Below are positions 14,430-22,550 of a stretch of DNA of 64,000 nucleotides, piece by piece; the stretch's first letter is position 1, and each line of letters begins with the position of its first letter. Position numbers and translations under genes: made by a program. The stretch covers positions 4,305-68,304 of the forward strand of contig JAAZXM010000011.1 in assembly GCA_014240165.1 (NCBI GenBank), read 5' to 3'. The stretch is from Myxococcales bacterium (GTDB taxonomy: Bacteria > Myxococcota_A > UBA9160 > UBA4427). Under the pieces are notes generated by a model. It was not told the origin of the DNA, made no database searches, and saw nothing but the letters and a program-made list of their open reading frames with translations.

Positions 14430-15514
14430 ACGTTCTCGTGATGGGCGGCACCCAATTCAACGGCCTGGCGCTGGTGCATGAACTTGCCCGAGCGGGCCAT
14501 ACCATCACCATCTTGAATCGGGGCAAGACCGAAGCGCGCCTGCCCAGCGGTATCACGCGGCTGACCTGCGATCGAACCGATCTCGCCGCCCTCAAGTCGA
14601 CCCTGGCGGGGCGGGATTGGGATTGTGTCTATGACATCAGTGCCTATCGGCCCGAGGACGTCGCCACCATGGTGGAGGTCCTGGAGGGTCATACCGGGCA
14701 CTATATCTTCGCGAGTTCCACGGTGATCTATGCCGCCTCGGATCTGCTCCCCATCAGCGAGAATCATCCGGTGGAGCGGGGCGAGACCCAGAATTCGTAC
14801 GGGGGCAACAAGCTCCTGTGTGAGGATCTCCTCATGCAGGCCTGGCGAGAGCGCGGCTTCCCCATGAGCATCGCGGCCTTCTCCATGGTCTTCGGTCCCT
14901 ACAATATCATTCCCGAACGCGAGCAGCGCATGTTCATGCGCCTGAAGGCGGGCCGGAGGATCATGCTTCCCGGCGATGGGCAGACCGTGGGCCAGGTGGG
15001 CCACGTCTATGACGAGGCCCGCGCCCTTCGGGCCATGATGCAAAAAACCGCCACCTTCGGCCGGCGCTACAACCTCACCGGCGCGGATTGTTTTACGGAC
15101 AACGGCTACGTGGACACCTTCGCCGAGGTCATGGGGATCGACCCGGCCGGGCTGGAAAAGATCTTCGTGCCGACGAATTTGATGGACGATATCTACGCCG
15201 GGAATTATTCGCTAACCGAGGGCGCCATGGATGTGCTGGCGGATACCCGGAGCCGGGATGACACCCGGAACCAATCGCTCTTCCAGATCAACCGCCTGAT
15301 GCCGCGCCTGGCGCCGAATATCCACCATTGGAATCGCAACGTGTACTTCAGCATCGAGAAGCTCAAGGAGGATACGGGCTGGCGTCCGGAGTACACCTTC
15401 CGGGGCGCCGTCGAGCAGACCTGGGAGTGGATGCAATCCACCGGCCGCGACCAGAGCCTCGAATTCGATTTCAGTTTCGAGGACGACCTGATCAAGCGAA
15501 TCGAAGCCGGCTGA
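14426..15514 (+). CDS. NAD-dependent epimerase/dehydratase family (extended SDR)
   Basis: 362 aa. Rossmann N-terminus MNVLVMGGTQFNGLALVHEL. ATGA overlap with the upstream gene. Confidence 0.75.
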   Translation: MNVLVMGGTQFNGLALVHELARAGHTITILNRGKTEARLPSGITRLTCDRTDLAALKSTLAGRDWDCVYDISAYRPEDVATMVEVLEGHTGHYIFASSTVIYAASDLLPISENHPVERGETQNSYGGNKLLCEDLLMQAWRERGFPMSIAAFSMVFGPYNIIPEREQRMFMRLKAGRRIMLPGDGQTVGQVGHVYDEARALRAMMQKTATFGRRYNLTGADCFTDNGYVDTFAEVMGIDPAGLEKIFVPTNLMDDIYAGNYSLTEGAMDVLADTRSRDDTRNQSLFQINRLMPRLAPNIHHWNRNVYFSIEKLKEDTGWRPEYTFRGAVEQTWEWMQSTGRDQSLEFDFSFEDDLIKRIEAG

Positions 15515-15608
15515 GGCCCCGGGGCCGCGTCCCAATCCGCGCAGCCCAGGCCGGAAAAGACCGAAGCGCCTTGATCTCCCGCGAATTGCGGCCCCCTTCG
15601 CTGGGCCG

Positions 15609-17294
15609 TCAGGCGAAAGCCACCTGGCTATCGCCTGGGGAAAGCCGCGGGAAGGACAACACCGCAAAAGGCTCGAGGGAATCGATGGCGGCCTCGCCCT
15701 GCTCGGGTAGCCAGCGGAAGAGCCGGACCTCGAGCCCTTCGGGCGTGAAATCCAGCAGGCTGAAACCGTTCTCCTCCAGGGGGGACACGAGTTCGCTGGC
15801 CTCGAGGGTTTGAGAGGGCTGCGGGTGCTGGCTGCGAAATTTCGAGGGCCAGCCCAGCACGCCGGTCCCCACCGCGCCGGTGAGCAACGAGAGCACGGGA
15901 TTCGCCGCCAGGGATTGCCCGTTCGTAGCGTGGATCCACCCTGCCGCGGTGGCGTGCAGATCACCGCTCATGAAGAGCGGTAGCCGGCCCTTCTGGGCCG
16001 ACGCGGCGCCGATCAAGCGATCGTGCTGACGCGCCCAACCCGGGGGCCAGTAGGGCTTGCTCGCCGCTGTGCCCAGCCTGCCCTCGGCGTCCTTGAAGTC
16101 GGGGTACCACTCACCCCATTTCCCCGCGGTCCAGAGCACCGGGGTCGAGGGGATATGGGCCAGGTGCAGGCTCTCGGAACGGGCGGTTCGGTCCAGCGCC
16201 CAGGCCTCTACGTCGGGGGGCAGAAAGCCGGAAACCTCTGCCGGGGTGGCCGGGTCCAGGCGGTTGCTCAACCCCTGGCGGCAATCGTAGAGCAGGGCCT
16301 CGAAGAGATTTCCGTAACGGATCTGTCCGTAGCTGCGCGCAATGCCGGGCGCAGCCTGATGTCGCCCGGGCAACTGCGCGTCCACCAGGAGTTCGGGGTA
16401 GAAAAGACGTTGGGTAGAGACCGCAAGGTCGCGCATGAATGGGTCGGCAGGAAAGGTCCGGAGGGCCTCGCTGGCCTCATCGTTCTCTCCGTAATCATGG
16501 TCGTCCTGGAGAAAGAAGGTGGGGAGCGAACGAAAGAGCACGCCATAGAGATCCGCGATTTGCGGGCCAAAGGCGCGCACCAGAACCTCCTCGTTGGCGC
16601 CCCCCAGCACCTTTTGTCCGCGATCGAAATAGCCCGCCCGCCACCCCGCCCAGGGCGACTCGCCCAGGGCCCAGCCGAAACGACTCTTCATATCCCAGTA
16701 GACATGATCGCCGTTGGCCACGGCGGCATCGGGCCCGAAGGAAAGCGCCCGGGCCAGAAGGCGGCGGCGATGGGGCACCGGGAGAAAGGCGTGGAGCAGG
16801 GGCTTGCCGAAGAGATCGAAGTTGAGAAGATTGTCGGGTCCGCCCGCGCAGGTATAGGCCAGCAGGCGAAAACGATCCGCCGGATCGCCGGGCGCGGGAA
16901 AGGTCCGCAGGGGCCAGGGGTCGCAAAGGAGATCGCCACCGGCGCTGCGCAGTTGAAGAGCGTACTCCGTGGCGGGAGCAAGACCCTCGAGAAGGAACGT
17001 GTAAAAGCGCCCGCCCGAATCGGTTCGCACTCCGTCGGCGACCGCGTTCCCGGCATGCAGGCGCGCGCCGCCGGCGGGAGGGCGGCGGAAAGAAGCCTTG
17101 AGAAGAATCCGCTGGTGATCGGCGGTGGGCAGCAGGTGAGCCACCTCCCCCCGCGCCCAATCGGTATCGAACGCTTCCGCCACCGGACCCGAACGGCCGC
17201 ATCCCGGGGTACCCACCAGGGCCGCCGCCGCTGAACCCGCGGCCGCCCGTACGAAATCCCGGCGACTGAGGCGGAAATCGGATCCGTCTTCCAT
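15609..17294 (-). CDS. Tat-exported PhoD-like metallophosphatase
   Basis: 561 aa. Twin-arginine signal LSRRDFVRAAAGSAAAAL. Metallophosphatase-type blocks VANGDHVYWD and FFLQDDHDYGENDE. Confidence 0.65.
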   Translation of the reverse strand: MEDGSDFRLSRRDFVRAAAGSAAAALVGTPGCGRSGPVAEAFDTDWARGEVAHLLPTADHQRILLKASFRRPPAGGARLHAGNAVADGVRTDSGGRFYTFLLEGLAPATEYALQLRSAGGDLLCDPWPLRTFPAPGDPADRFRLLAYTCAGGPDNLLNFDLFGKPLLHAFLPVPHRRRLLARALSFGPDAAVANGDHVYWDMKSRFGWALGESPWAGWRAGYFDRGQKVLGGANEEVLVRAFGPQIADLYGVLFRSLPTFFLQDDHDYGENDEASEALRTFPADPFMRDLAVSTQRLFYPELLVDAQLPGRHQAAPGIARSYGQIRYGNLFEALLYDCRQGLSNRLDPATPAEVSGFLPPDVEAWALDRTARSESLHLAHIPSTPVLWTAGKWGEWYPDFKDAEGRLGTAASKPYWPPGWARQHDRLIGAASAQKGRLPLFMSGDLHATAAGWIHATNGQSLAANPVLSLLTGAVGTGVLGWPSKFRSQHPQPSQTLEASELVSPLEENGFSLLDFTPEGLEVRLFRWLPEQGEAAIDSLEPFAVLSFPRLSPGDSQVAFA

Positions 17295-17514
17295 GAACTT
17301 CTCCCTCCCGCCCCGCCGGGATCCAGATGCGCTGGACGAACCTTACCGAAGTCGCCCCATCGCCCCGGGACTTGCCCTTTGCCTGCCGCTGAGCGCACCT
17401 CGGGCGGGGCCAGGGCGGCGCGAGGCGTTTTTTCCGCAACCCTCAACCCACACCGGGGTTGGACTCTCAAACGCCGCCCGTCAGCGCACCGGCGGGACGA
17501 AGAGAGGAGCCCCC

Positions 17515-17991
17515 ATGAATTGGAATCAGCCTGTTTTCTACCCGGCAGCCCTGGCCTGCCTATGCCTGCTGGGCGCCCCGAGCGCGGGAGCGAGCGACAC
17601 CCCGGCTCCCCATATGCAGGAGCACGGAGACCGCATCGAAAAGCGCCTGGATCGGCGCGGCGATCAACTGGACCGCCGCTTGGATCGGCAAGGGGCCCGC
17701 ATCGACCGGCGTCTGGACCGAAAGGCGGAGCGCGCCCGGGATCGCGGCCATCCGATGCGGGCGAAGCGCCTCGACCGACGCGGCGACCGTATCCGAGACC
17801 GGCTGGATGAGCGGGGGGATCGCATCAACCGAAAACTCGATCGCCGGGGCAAGGCCATCGATCGTCGCCTGGACCGGCGCAGGGATCGGCGGGCCGACCG
17901 GCGTGATCAGGCCGACGCGCGGAGGCATTTCCGGCGGCTCCATCGCCCCATTCGCCCCATTCGCCCCCATCAGCCATCCCATCATCAGTAA
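17515..17991 (+). CDS. secreted Arg/Asp-rich 11-residue-repeat protein
   Basis: 158 aa from the ATG at 17515, with AGAGGAG SD. Signal peptide MNWNQPVFYPAALACLCLLGAPSAGA. It then has 7-8 units of the type RGDRIDRRLDR and a His/Pro-rich tail. Confidence 0.6.
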   Translation: MNWNQPVFYPAALACLCLLGAPSAGASDTPAPHMQEHGDRIEKRLDRRGDQLDRRLDRQGARIDRRLDRKAERARDRGHPMRAKRLDRRGDRIRDRLDERGDRINRKLDRRGKAIDRRLDRRRDRRADRRDQADARRHFRRLHRPIRPIRPHQPSHHQ

Positions 17992-18111
17992 TACCCGATC
18001 GCACCGCCCCGGATGGTTCGTGAACGGCTGAACTTCCGGCGGCGGCGGCCGGGCGTGCGTCCATCCCGCGCGCTCGGCCGCTTATCCTCGGGGCCTGGGC
18101 CCGGCCCGGTC

Positions 18112-18144
18112 AGGATTTCAAGAGAAACCGCCCTTGGGCGGGTT
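18112..18144 (-). terminator. putative intrinsic terminator of the ADH gene
   Basis: On the minus strand, AACCCGCC-CAA-GGGCGGTT is followed by TCTCTTGAAAT. It begins 5 nt after the stop at 18150. Confidence 0.45.
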
Positions 18145-18149
18145 CGGGG

Positions 18150-19172
18150 TCAGGCGGCGCCCCCGCAATCGATCATCACTTTGGCCCCCGCATCCGCATC
18201 CTGGGCAATCGCCATGGCCTCGTCGAAACGGTCCAGGGGAAAGCGGTGGGTGATCATCGGCGAAAGGTCGACGTCGCCGAGCATCTGGATCATGTCATTC
18301 CAATCCGGCGGCTGGGCGATGGAACCCAGGAGTTCGAGTTCCTTCATCATGACGAGCAGAAAATTCATCGCGATCTCCTCACGATGAAGCGCCACGACCA
18401 CCACCCGGGCACCGGCTTTCGCCCGGCGCACAATCTGGGGGAGCACCGCCGCTGCCCCGGAAGCCTCGATATAGAGATCCGTATCCGCCATGGGGGCGCC
18501 CATCACGAGGGAAGTGCCCTGGATCTCGCGAATACGCCGCCCCACTGAATCCCGCGATGGATTGACGGTTTCCCGGGCGCCCAATTGCCGCGCCACGTCG
18601 AGGCGAGTATCCGAGAGGTCGACGGCCACCACGTCCTCTACGCCTCGATACTTGAGGGTCGCGATGGAAGCCAGCCCGATGGGTCCCGCCCCGAAGACCA
18701 CGGCCTTTTCCCCGGCTTGCGCCCGGGAACGATTCACCGCCTGCATCCCCACACCGAGGGGTTCGGCCAAGGCAGCCTGATCGAAGGAAAGCTCATCGGG
18801 GATCGGAATCATGCAACGCGCATCGGCCGCGTTCCGGACCAGGAGTCGCGGCGTAAAGGCGCCCTCGCTTCCGCCGTTGCCGATCCTGTTCCCGGCGCCC
18901 TGGGGATCCACCACGACCCGATCCCCGGGCGAGACACCCACGACCTCGGCCCCTACCGACTCCACCACCCCCGAGAACTCGTGCCCGATGGGCATGGGGG
19001 TATCGCTGGGTCCCGCCACGCCGCCCAACTTCAGGTAACCGAGATCGCTCCCACAGATCCCGCACGCCGCAACGCGGACCACGGCGTCTCGGGGGCCCGG
19101 TTCGGGGGTGGCAACCCGGTCGAGGCGAAGTTCATCCGCGGCGTGGATCTGGACCTGGATCTGCTGGGCCAA
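18150..19172 (-). CDS. zinc-dependent alcohol dehydrogenase (MDR family)
   Basis: 340 aa from the TTG at 19172, preceded by GGGAGGA and 7 nt. Blocks VAACGICGSDL, GHEFSGVV and the Rossmann motif VVFGAGPIGL. The track ORF's upstream 56 codons are rejected. Confidence 0.8.
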   Translation of the reverse strand: MAQQIQVQIHAADELRLDRVATPEPGPRDAVVRVAACGICGSDLGYLKLGGVAGPSDTPMPIGHEFSGVVESVGAEVVGVSPGDRVVVDPQGAGNRIGNGGSEGAFTPRLLVRNAADARCMIPIPDELSFDQAALAEPLGVGMQAVNRSRAQAGEKAVVFGAGPIGLASIATLKYRGVEDVVAVDLSDTRLDVARQLGARETVNPSRDSVGRRIREIQGTSLVMGAPMADTDLYIEASGAAAVLPQIVRRAKAGARVVVVALHREEIAMNFLLVMMKELELLGSIAQPPDWNDMIQMLGDVDLSPMITHRFPLDRFDEAMAIAQDADAGAKVMIDCGGAA

Positions 19173-19201
19173 TGAATATCCTCCCGGGCGTGTGCCCGGC
19201 C

Positions 19202-19603
19202 TCAATTTCCCAACAGGTGGATGCCCAGACAGCTGACCAGAAAATACGGCGCGATGACCGCGGCATCGCCATACGCCTTGGCGAGGCGCTGACCGAAGAG
19301 CACCATCAGGAGCGAAGCCCCCGAAAGAATCGCCCCCCAATAGGCCAGGGTTGTCCCGCCGGTGAAGACCAGGGCCACCGCCCCGGCCGCGGAAAGAGCA
19401 CCCGCCGCGGTCTCGAAAAACGCGAGACAGGCAAGCAGGGGCGCTACGGGCAGGGCCACCGGCGCATTGGCAAACAACTCGGTGAGGTACGCCACATTGC
19501 CCGAAAAATCGAAAATCTTATCCAGGCCCGACTGCAGAAAAACAATGGCCAGGAACAGGGCCACTCCAAGAGAGAGCAAAAATTGCGGCTCCAGGGAAAG
19601 CAT
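19202..19603 (-). CDS. DoxX-family membrane protein
   Basis: About 133 aa from the ATG at 19603, with GGAAGGAG SD 8 nt upstream. Four hydrophobic helices. FLQSGLDKIFDF is DoxX-like. Confidence 0.6.
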   Translation of the reverse strand: MLSLEPQFLLSLGVALFLAIVFLQSGLDKIFDFSGNVAYLTELFANAPVALPVAPLLACLAFFETAAGALSAAGAVALVFTGGTTLAYWGAILSGASLLMVLFGQRLAKAYGDAAVIAPYFLVSCLGIHLLGN

Positions 19604-19768
19604 TCGCCTCACTCCTTCCGGCTCACGTCCCCTGATCTGGAGACGTGCCGAATGCTAGCAAGGCATTGAAAAAAGGGGCCAGGGAGAATGGCCGGCGGCA
19701 GCCTTCCTCAGAAATCAGCCTGAGCCCGCTCAAAAGCCGCATGCCCGAATGGGCAGCGCGGGCGGATC

Positions 19769-21865
19769 TCAGGTTGAGGAGGATCCGTCGGGCTTCGGGG
19801 ACTCTTCGCTACTGCGCGCCGCCCGACCCCGACCCCGCGTACCCCGGCGCCGGCCGCGCTTGGCCGATCCCTTCTTGGCGCGGGCCTTCTTGCCCGCCTT
19901 CTTGCGCGCCCGCTTGCCCGCTTTCTTTCGCGCCTTCTTCTTGCGAAGGGGCTCGAAAAAACTTCCGGGGCGTTCGCCTGCCTGCCGGCACATATCGCAT
20001 GCGCCGCATTCGCTTCCCGCCGCGACACCGAAATAGCTACGCAACATCTGTGCGCGGCATTCCTCTTGGCTCGCGTACGCCTCGATGGCATCCAGGCGTT
20101 CGGTATCCAATTTGCGGAGGCGCTGGAACTGCTCGGTCAACCGCCGCGCCTTGTCAACCAACTCGTCGGGATGGATCAGGGGGCGAACATATTTCTCGGT
20201 GGTGATCTCCACCAGGCTGGCGGACTCCAACACGGCGACTACCGCCGAGGTCACGCGCTGAGCGAGTTGGGCCGAGGCGGCCAGATCGATGATATCCGGG
20301 AAACGCCCCTCCTCGACGTAGGCCACCAAGGCCTTGACGAGTTGAAAGAGTTGCTGAGGCCGGACACGGCTCTGCCCCAAAAGGAATTCGTGAATGTCGC
20401 GGTCATCAAAATGATGCAGCAGGATGCAATGGGATTGGCGCCCATCACGACCCGCCCGGCCCGCTTCCTGCACGTACTGCTCCAGGGAGGCCGGCGTTTG
20501 GAAGTGGACCACGTAGCGAATATCGGGCTTATCGATACCGAGTCCAAAAGCGCTCGTCGCCACCATCACCAGCCGGCGACCCCGCTTCATGAAAAGTTCC
20601 TGCTCGGCCTTGCGTTCGCTGCCCTTCATGCCGCCGTGATAGCGATGGGCGGGGATCCCCATGGCGCGGAGCGCTCCGTGGACCGCGTCCACCTCCTTGG
20701 TGGTTGAGCAGTAGATGATGCCGGGGCGTCGTAGGCGGAGAATCAGCCGGGTCAGGGCCCGGAGACGCGCGGTGCTGCCGCATTCGATGACTTCGAAGCA
20801 CAGATTGGGCCGATGCGGTGATGCGGCGATCACCAGGGGATCCTGGAGATCGAGGATGCGAATCAGATCCTCCCGGACCGAACTGGTCGCGGTGGCGGTG
20901 AGAGCAAGCACCGGCGGGCGTCCGTACCGCTCGAGCATTTCGTGCAGGCGCAGATAGGCGGGGCGGAAATCGTGACCCCACTCGGATGCACAATGCGCTT
21001 CATCCACCGCGAAGAGGGAAATGCCTGTTTCGGTCAGGGCAACCCGCAATTCTTCACCCGCCAGGGTTTCAGGCGTGGTCATCACCAGCAGAGGCCCGCC
21101 CTCGGCGATGCGTTCCATCGCCTCGCGCCGAGCCTTGCCCCTGATCGTTCCATCGACGCGAACCACCGGCACGCCGCGTTTTTCGAGATTGCGGGTCTGA
21201 TCCTCGAGCAGCGCAAGCAGCGGTGAGACCACGACTACGGGCTTGGGGAGAATCATCGAGGGAATCTGGTAGCAAGCCGATTTTCCGTAGCCGGTGGGCA
21301 GAACCACCAGAGCGTCACGACCTGTCAGGCTGTGAAGGATCGCCCGCTCCTGTTCGGGATGAAGACGCTCAATGCCCAGGCGTTCGGCCGCTTTTACGAA
21401 ACTCTCCTTCTCGGCCGGGCCCATCTCCATCGCCACATCGCTGACCGAAACGAGTTCGGGCTCATGGATCTCCACCTCTTCAACCGAGGGGAGAGCCACG
21501 GGAGGACGGGGGGCGCGCCGATTGGAGGCGTTCCCGCCGCGCCGGGAGCGGCCCGAACCGCCGCTTCGGCCGCCGCGGGAATTCCCCCTGCGACCGGATT
21601 TGCGCGAAGCGGGGCGTTCCTCGGAACCGTCCTTGCCGGCGTCAGCAGAGGCCTTGTTGCCGCCCTCTTCCCCATCGGTGGACCCTGCGGCCGCACGCTG
21701 GCCCCCTCTCCCGCGACCTCGCCGCCGGCGGGAATTCGAACGGCGCGCCGAAGATTTTTTGCGCGCACCGGTCTTGGCGGCGCCGGGAGCCGGGGAATCA
21801 CCAGTTGAACTGGCACCCGCGTCGGCGCTCTGCTGGGGGTCGTTCCCGTCTTCGTTCACGGACAT
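19769..21865 (-). CDS. recQ: RecQ-family DNA helicase with basic low-complexity N- and C-terminal extensions
   Basis: 698 aa from the ATG at 21865. Helicase motifs VVLPTGYGKSACYQ, DEAHCASEWGHDFRP, LTATAT and QEAGRAGRDG, plus a Zn-binding cluster CGACDMC. The N-terminal ~140 aa are R/G/S-rich. The C-terminal tail is KKKARKKAGKRARKKAGKKARAKKG. Confidence 0.85.
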   Translation of the reverse strand: MSVNEDGNDPQQSADAGASSTGDSPAPGAAKTGARKKSSARRSNSRRRRGRGRGGQRAAAGSTDGEEGGNKASADAGKDGSEERPASRKSGRRGNSRGGRSGGSGRSRRGGNASNRRAPRPPVALPSVEEVEIHEPELVSVSDVAMEMGPAEKESFVKAAERLGIERLHPEQERAILHSLTGRDALVVLPTGYGKSACYQIPSMILPKPVVVVSPLLALLEDQTRNLEKRGVPVVRVDGTIRGKARREAMERIAEGGPLLVMTTPETLAGEELRVALTETGISLFAVDEAHCASEWGHDFRPAYLRLHEMLERYGRPPVLALTATATSSVREDLIRILDLQDPLVIAASPHRPNLCFEVIECGSTARLRALTRLILRLRRPGIIYCSTTKEVDAVHGALRAMGIPAHRYHGGMKGSERKAEQELFMKRGRRLVMVATSAFGLGIDKPDIRYVVHFQTPASLEQYVQEAGRAGRDGRQSHCILLHHFDDRDIHEFLLGQSRVRPQQLFQLVKALVAYVEEGRFPDIIDLAASAQLAQRVTSAVVAVLESASLVEITTEKYVRPLIHPDELVDKARRLTEQFQRLRKLDTERLDAIEAYASQEECRAQMLRSYFGVAAGSECGACDMCRQAGERPGSFFEPLRKKKARKKAGKRARKKAGKKARAKKGSAKRGRRRGTRGRGRAARSSEESPKPDGSSST

Positions 21866-21881
21866 ATCGGAATCCCGATAC

Positions 21882-21901
21882 GGCGCTCTATGAATAGCGC
21901 C
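21882..21901. promoter_or_regulatory. inverted repeat GGCGCT-N8-AGCGCC upstream of recQ
   Basis: Perfect 6-bp arms, 17 nt upstream of the recQ ATG. It could be an operator or a 5'-UTR hairpin. The function is unknown. Confidence 0.25.
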
Positions 21902-22104
21902 GATGATCCTCGGTTCGGGGCCGGGCAATGGCCAACCCCAAAATTCAATTCAGCTCGCGTGCCCTGAAATGGGTGGAGCACGTTTCTTCGCCGCCCCGCT
22001 CTCTTCAATTCTTAACTTGCCCTCACCCCGCTCCGACTCCGCGCTCACGACGCTGAAAGCCGAAACCAGGGCAACAAACTCTGGCCCGCTTCGATCCCGC
22101 CCCA

Positions 22105-22163
22105 AAGCCGAGCCATGACCAAGCCATAACTAAGCCGTAACCAAGCGATAACCAACCAACTAG
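22105..22163. repeat. degenerate 11-nt tandem repeat AAGCNNTAACY
   Basis: AAGCCATAACT, AAGCCGTAACC and AAGCGATAACC start at 22121, 22132 and 22143, with degenerate flanks. The array sits in the lower-GC part of a 620-bp non-coding gap. Confidence 0.6.
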
Positions 22164-22550
22164 GGGGCTCCCAAGGGCCCGCCACGCCTCGACCCTCTCC
22201 GTCCAGCTCGCCCACGCTCAATGGAGCGTGATGGTGCGCGATGGTGCTGTGGCAGATCGGAAGACGACTCGCAGCCTCGTATCGGCCTGCCAGCCGCGGG
22301 GAGCGTTGTGATGTGCTCCCCAGACGCGAGGCGGATGATACACACATCTCGCCATTTCGCGCACCCGTTTTCGCCTGAGCGGCTCCCAAGCGCGCTAGAG
22401 GTGAAAAAAAGATCCGAAATCCCGGCGCCCTCGATCTTCCCGGCCAAAGATGAAGGCCACCCGTGGCGCGCGGAGTGGCTTATCGCAGCGGCGCATTCCC
22501 CCGGCTAGAATCGCAGGTCAGCCCTCGGACCGACCCTCAAGGGAGAGAAC

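Noticed and set aside
17395-17436. A hairpin plus T6 (CCTCG...CGAGG followed by CGTTTTTT) in the phoD-like / repeat-protein intergenic region, as a possible plus-strand terminator or attenuator.
   Set aside because: The stem has only 5 bp and an 18-nt loop, and no upstream plus-strand transcription unit is evident. It is too weak to call.
22233-22275. Resemblance of GGTGCTGTGGCAGATCGGAAGACGACTCGCAGCC to the SRP (4.5S) RNA domain IV region (GGUGCUGU...CGGAAG...GCAGCC).
   Set aside because: The helix-8 pairing around the GGAA loop does not form (GAUC/GACG mismatch). The symmetric-loop consensus AGGUCAGGUCC...GGAAGCAGCC is absent.
21903-22508. Track ORFs inside the recQ-NMO gap: 21903..22118 (+), 22045..22389 (-), 22160..22447 (-), 22221..22508 (+) and 22450..22755 (+). 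I also translated several ORFs under 60 aa by hand.
   Set aside because: They have no SD sequences, implausible composition and mutually overlapping frames. I treat the region as non-coding.
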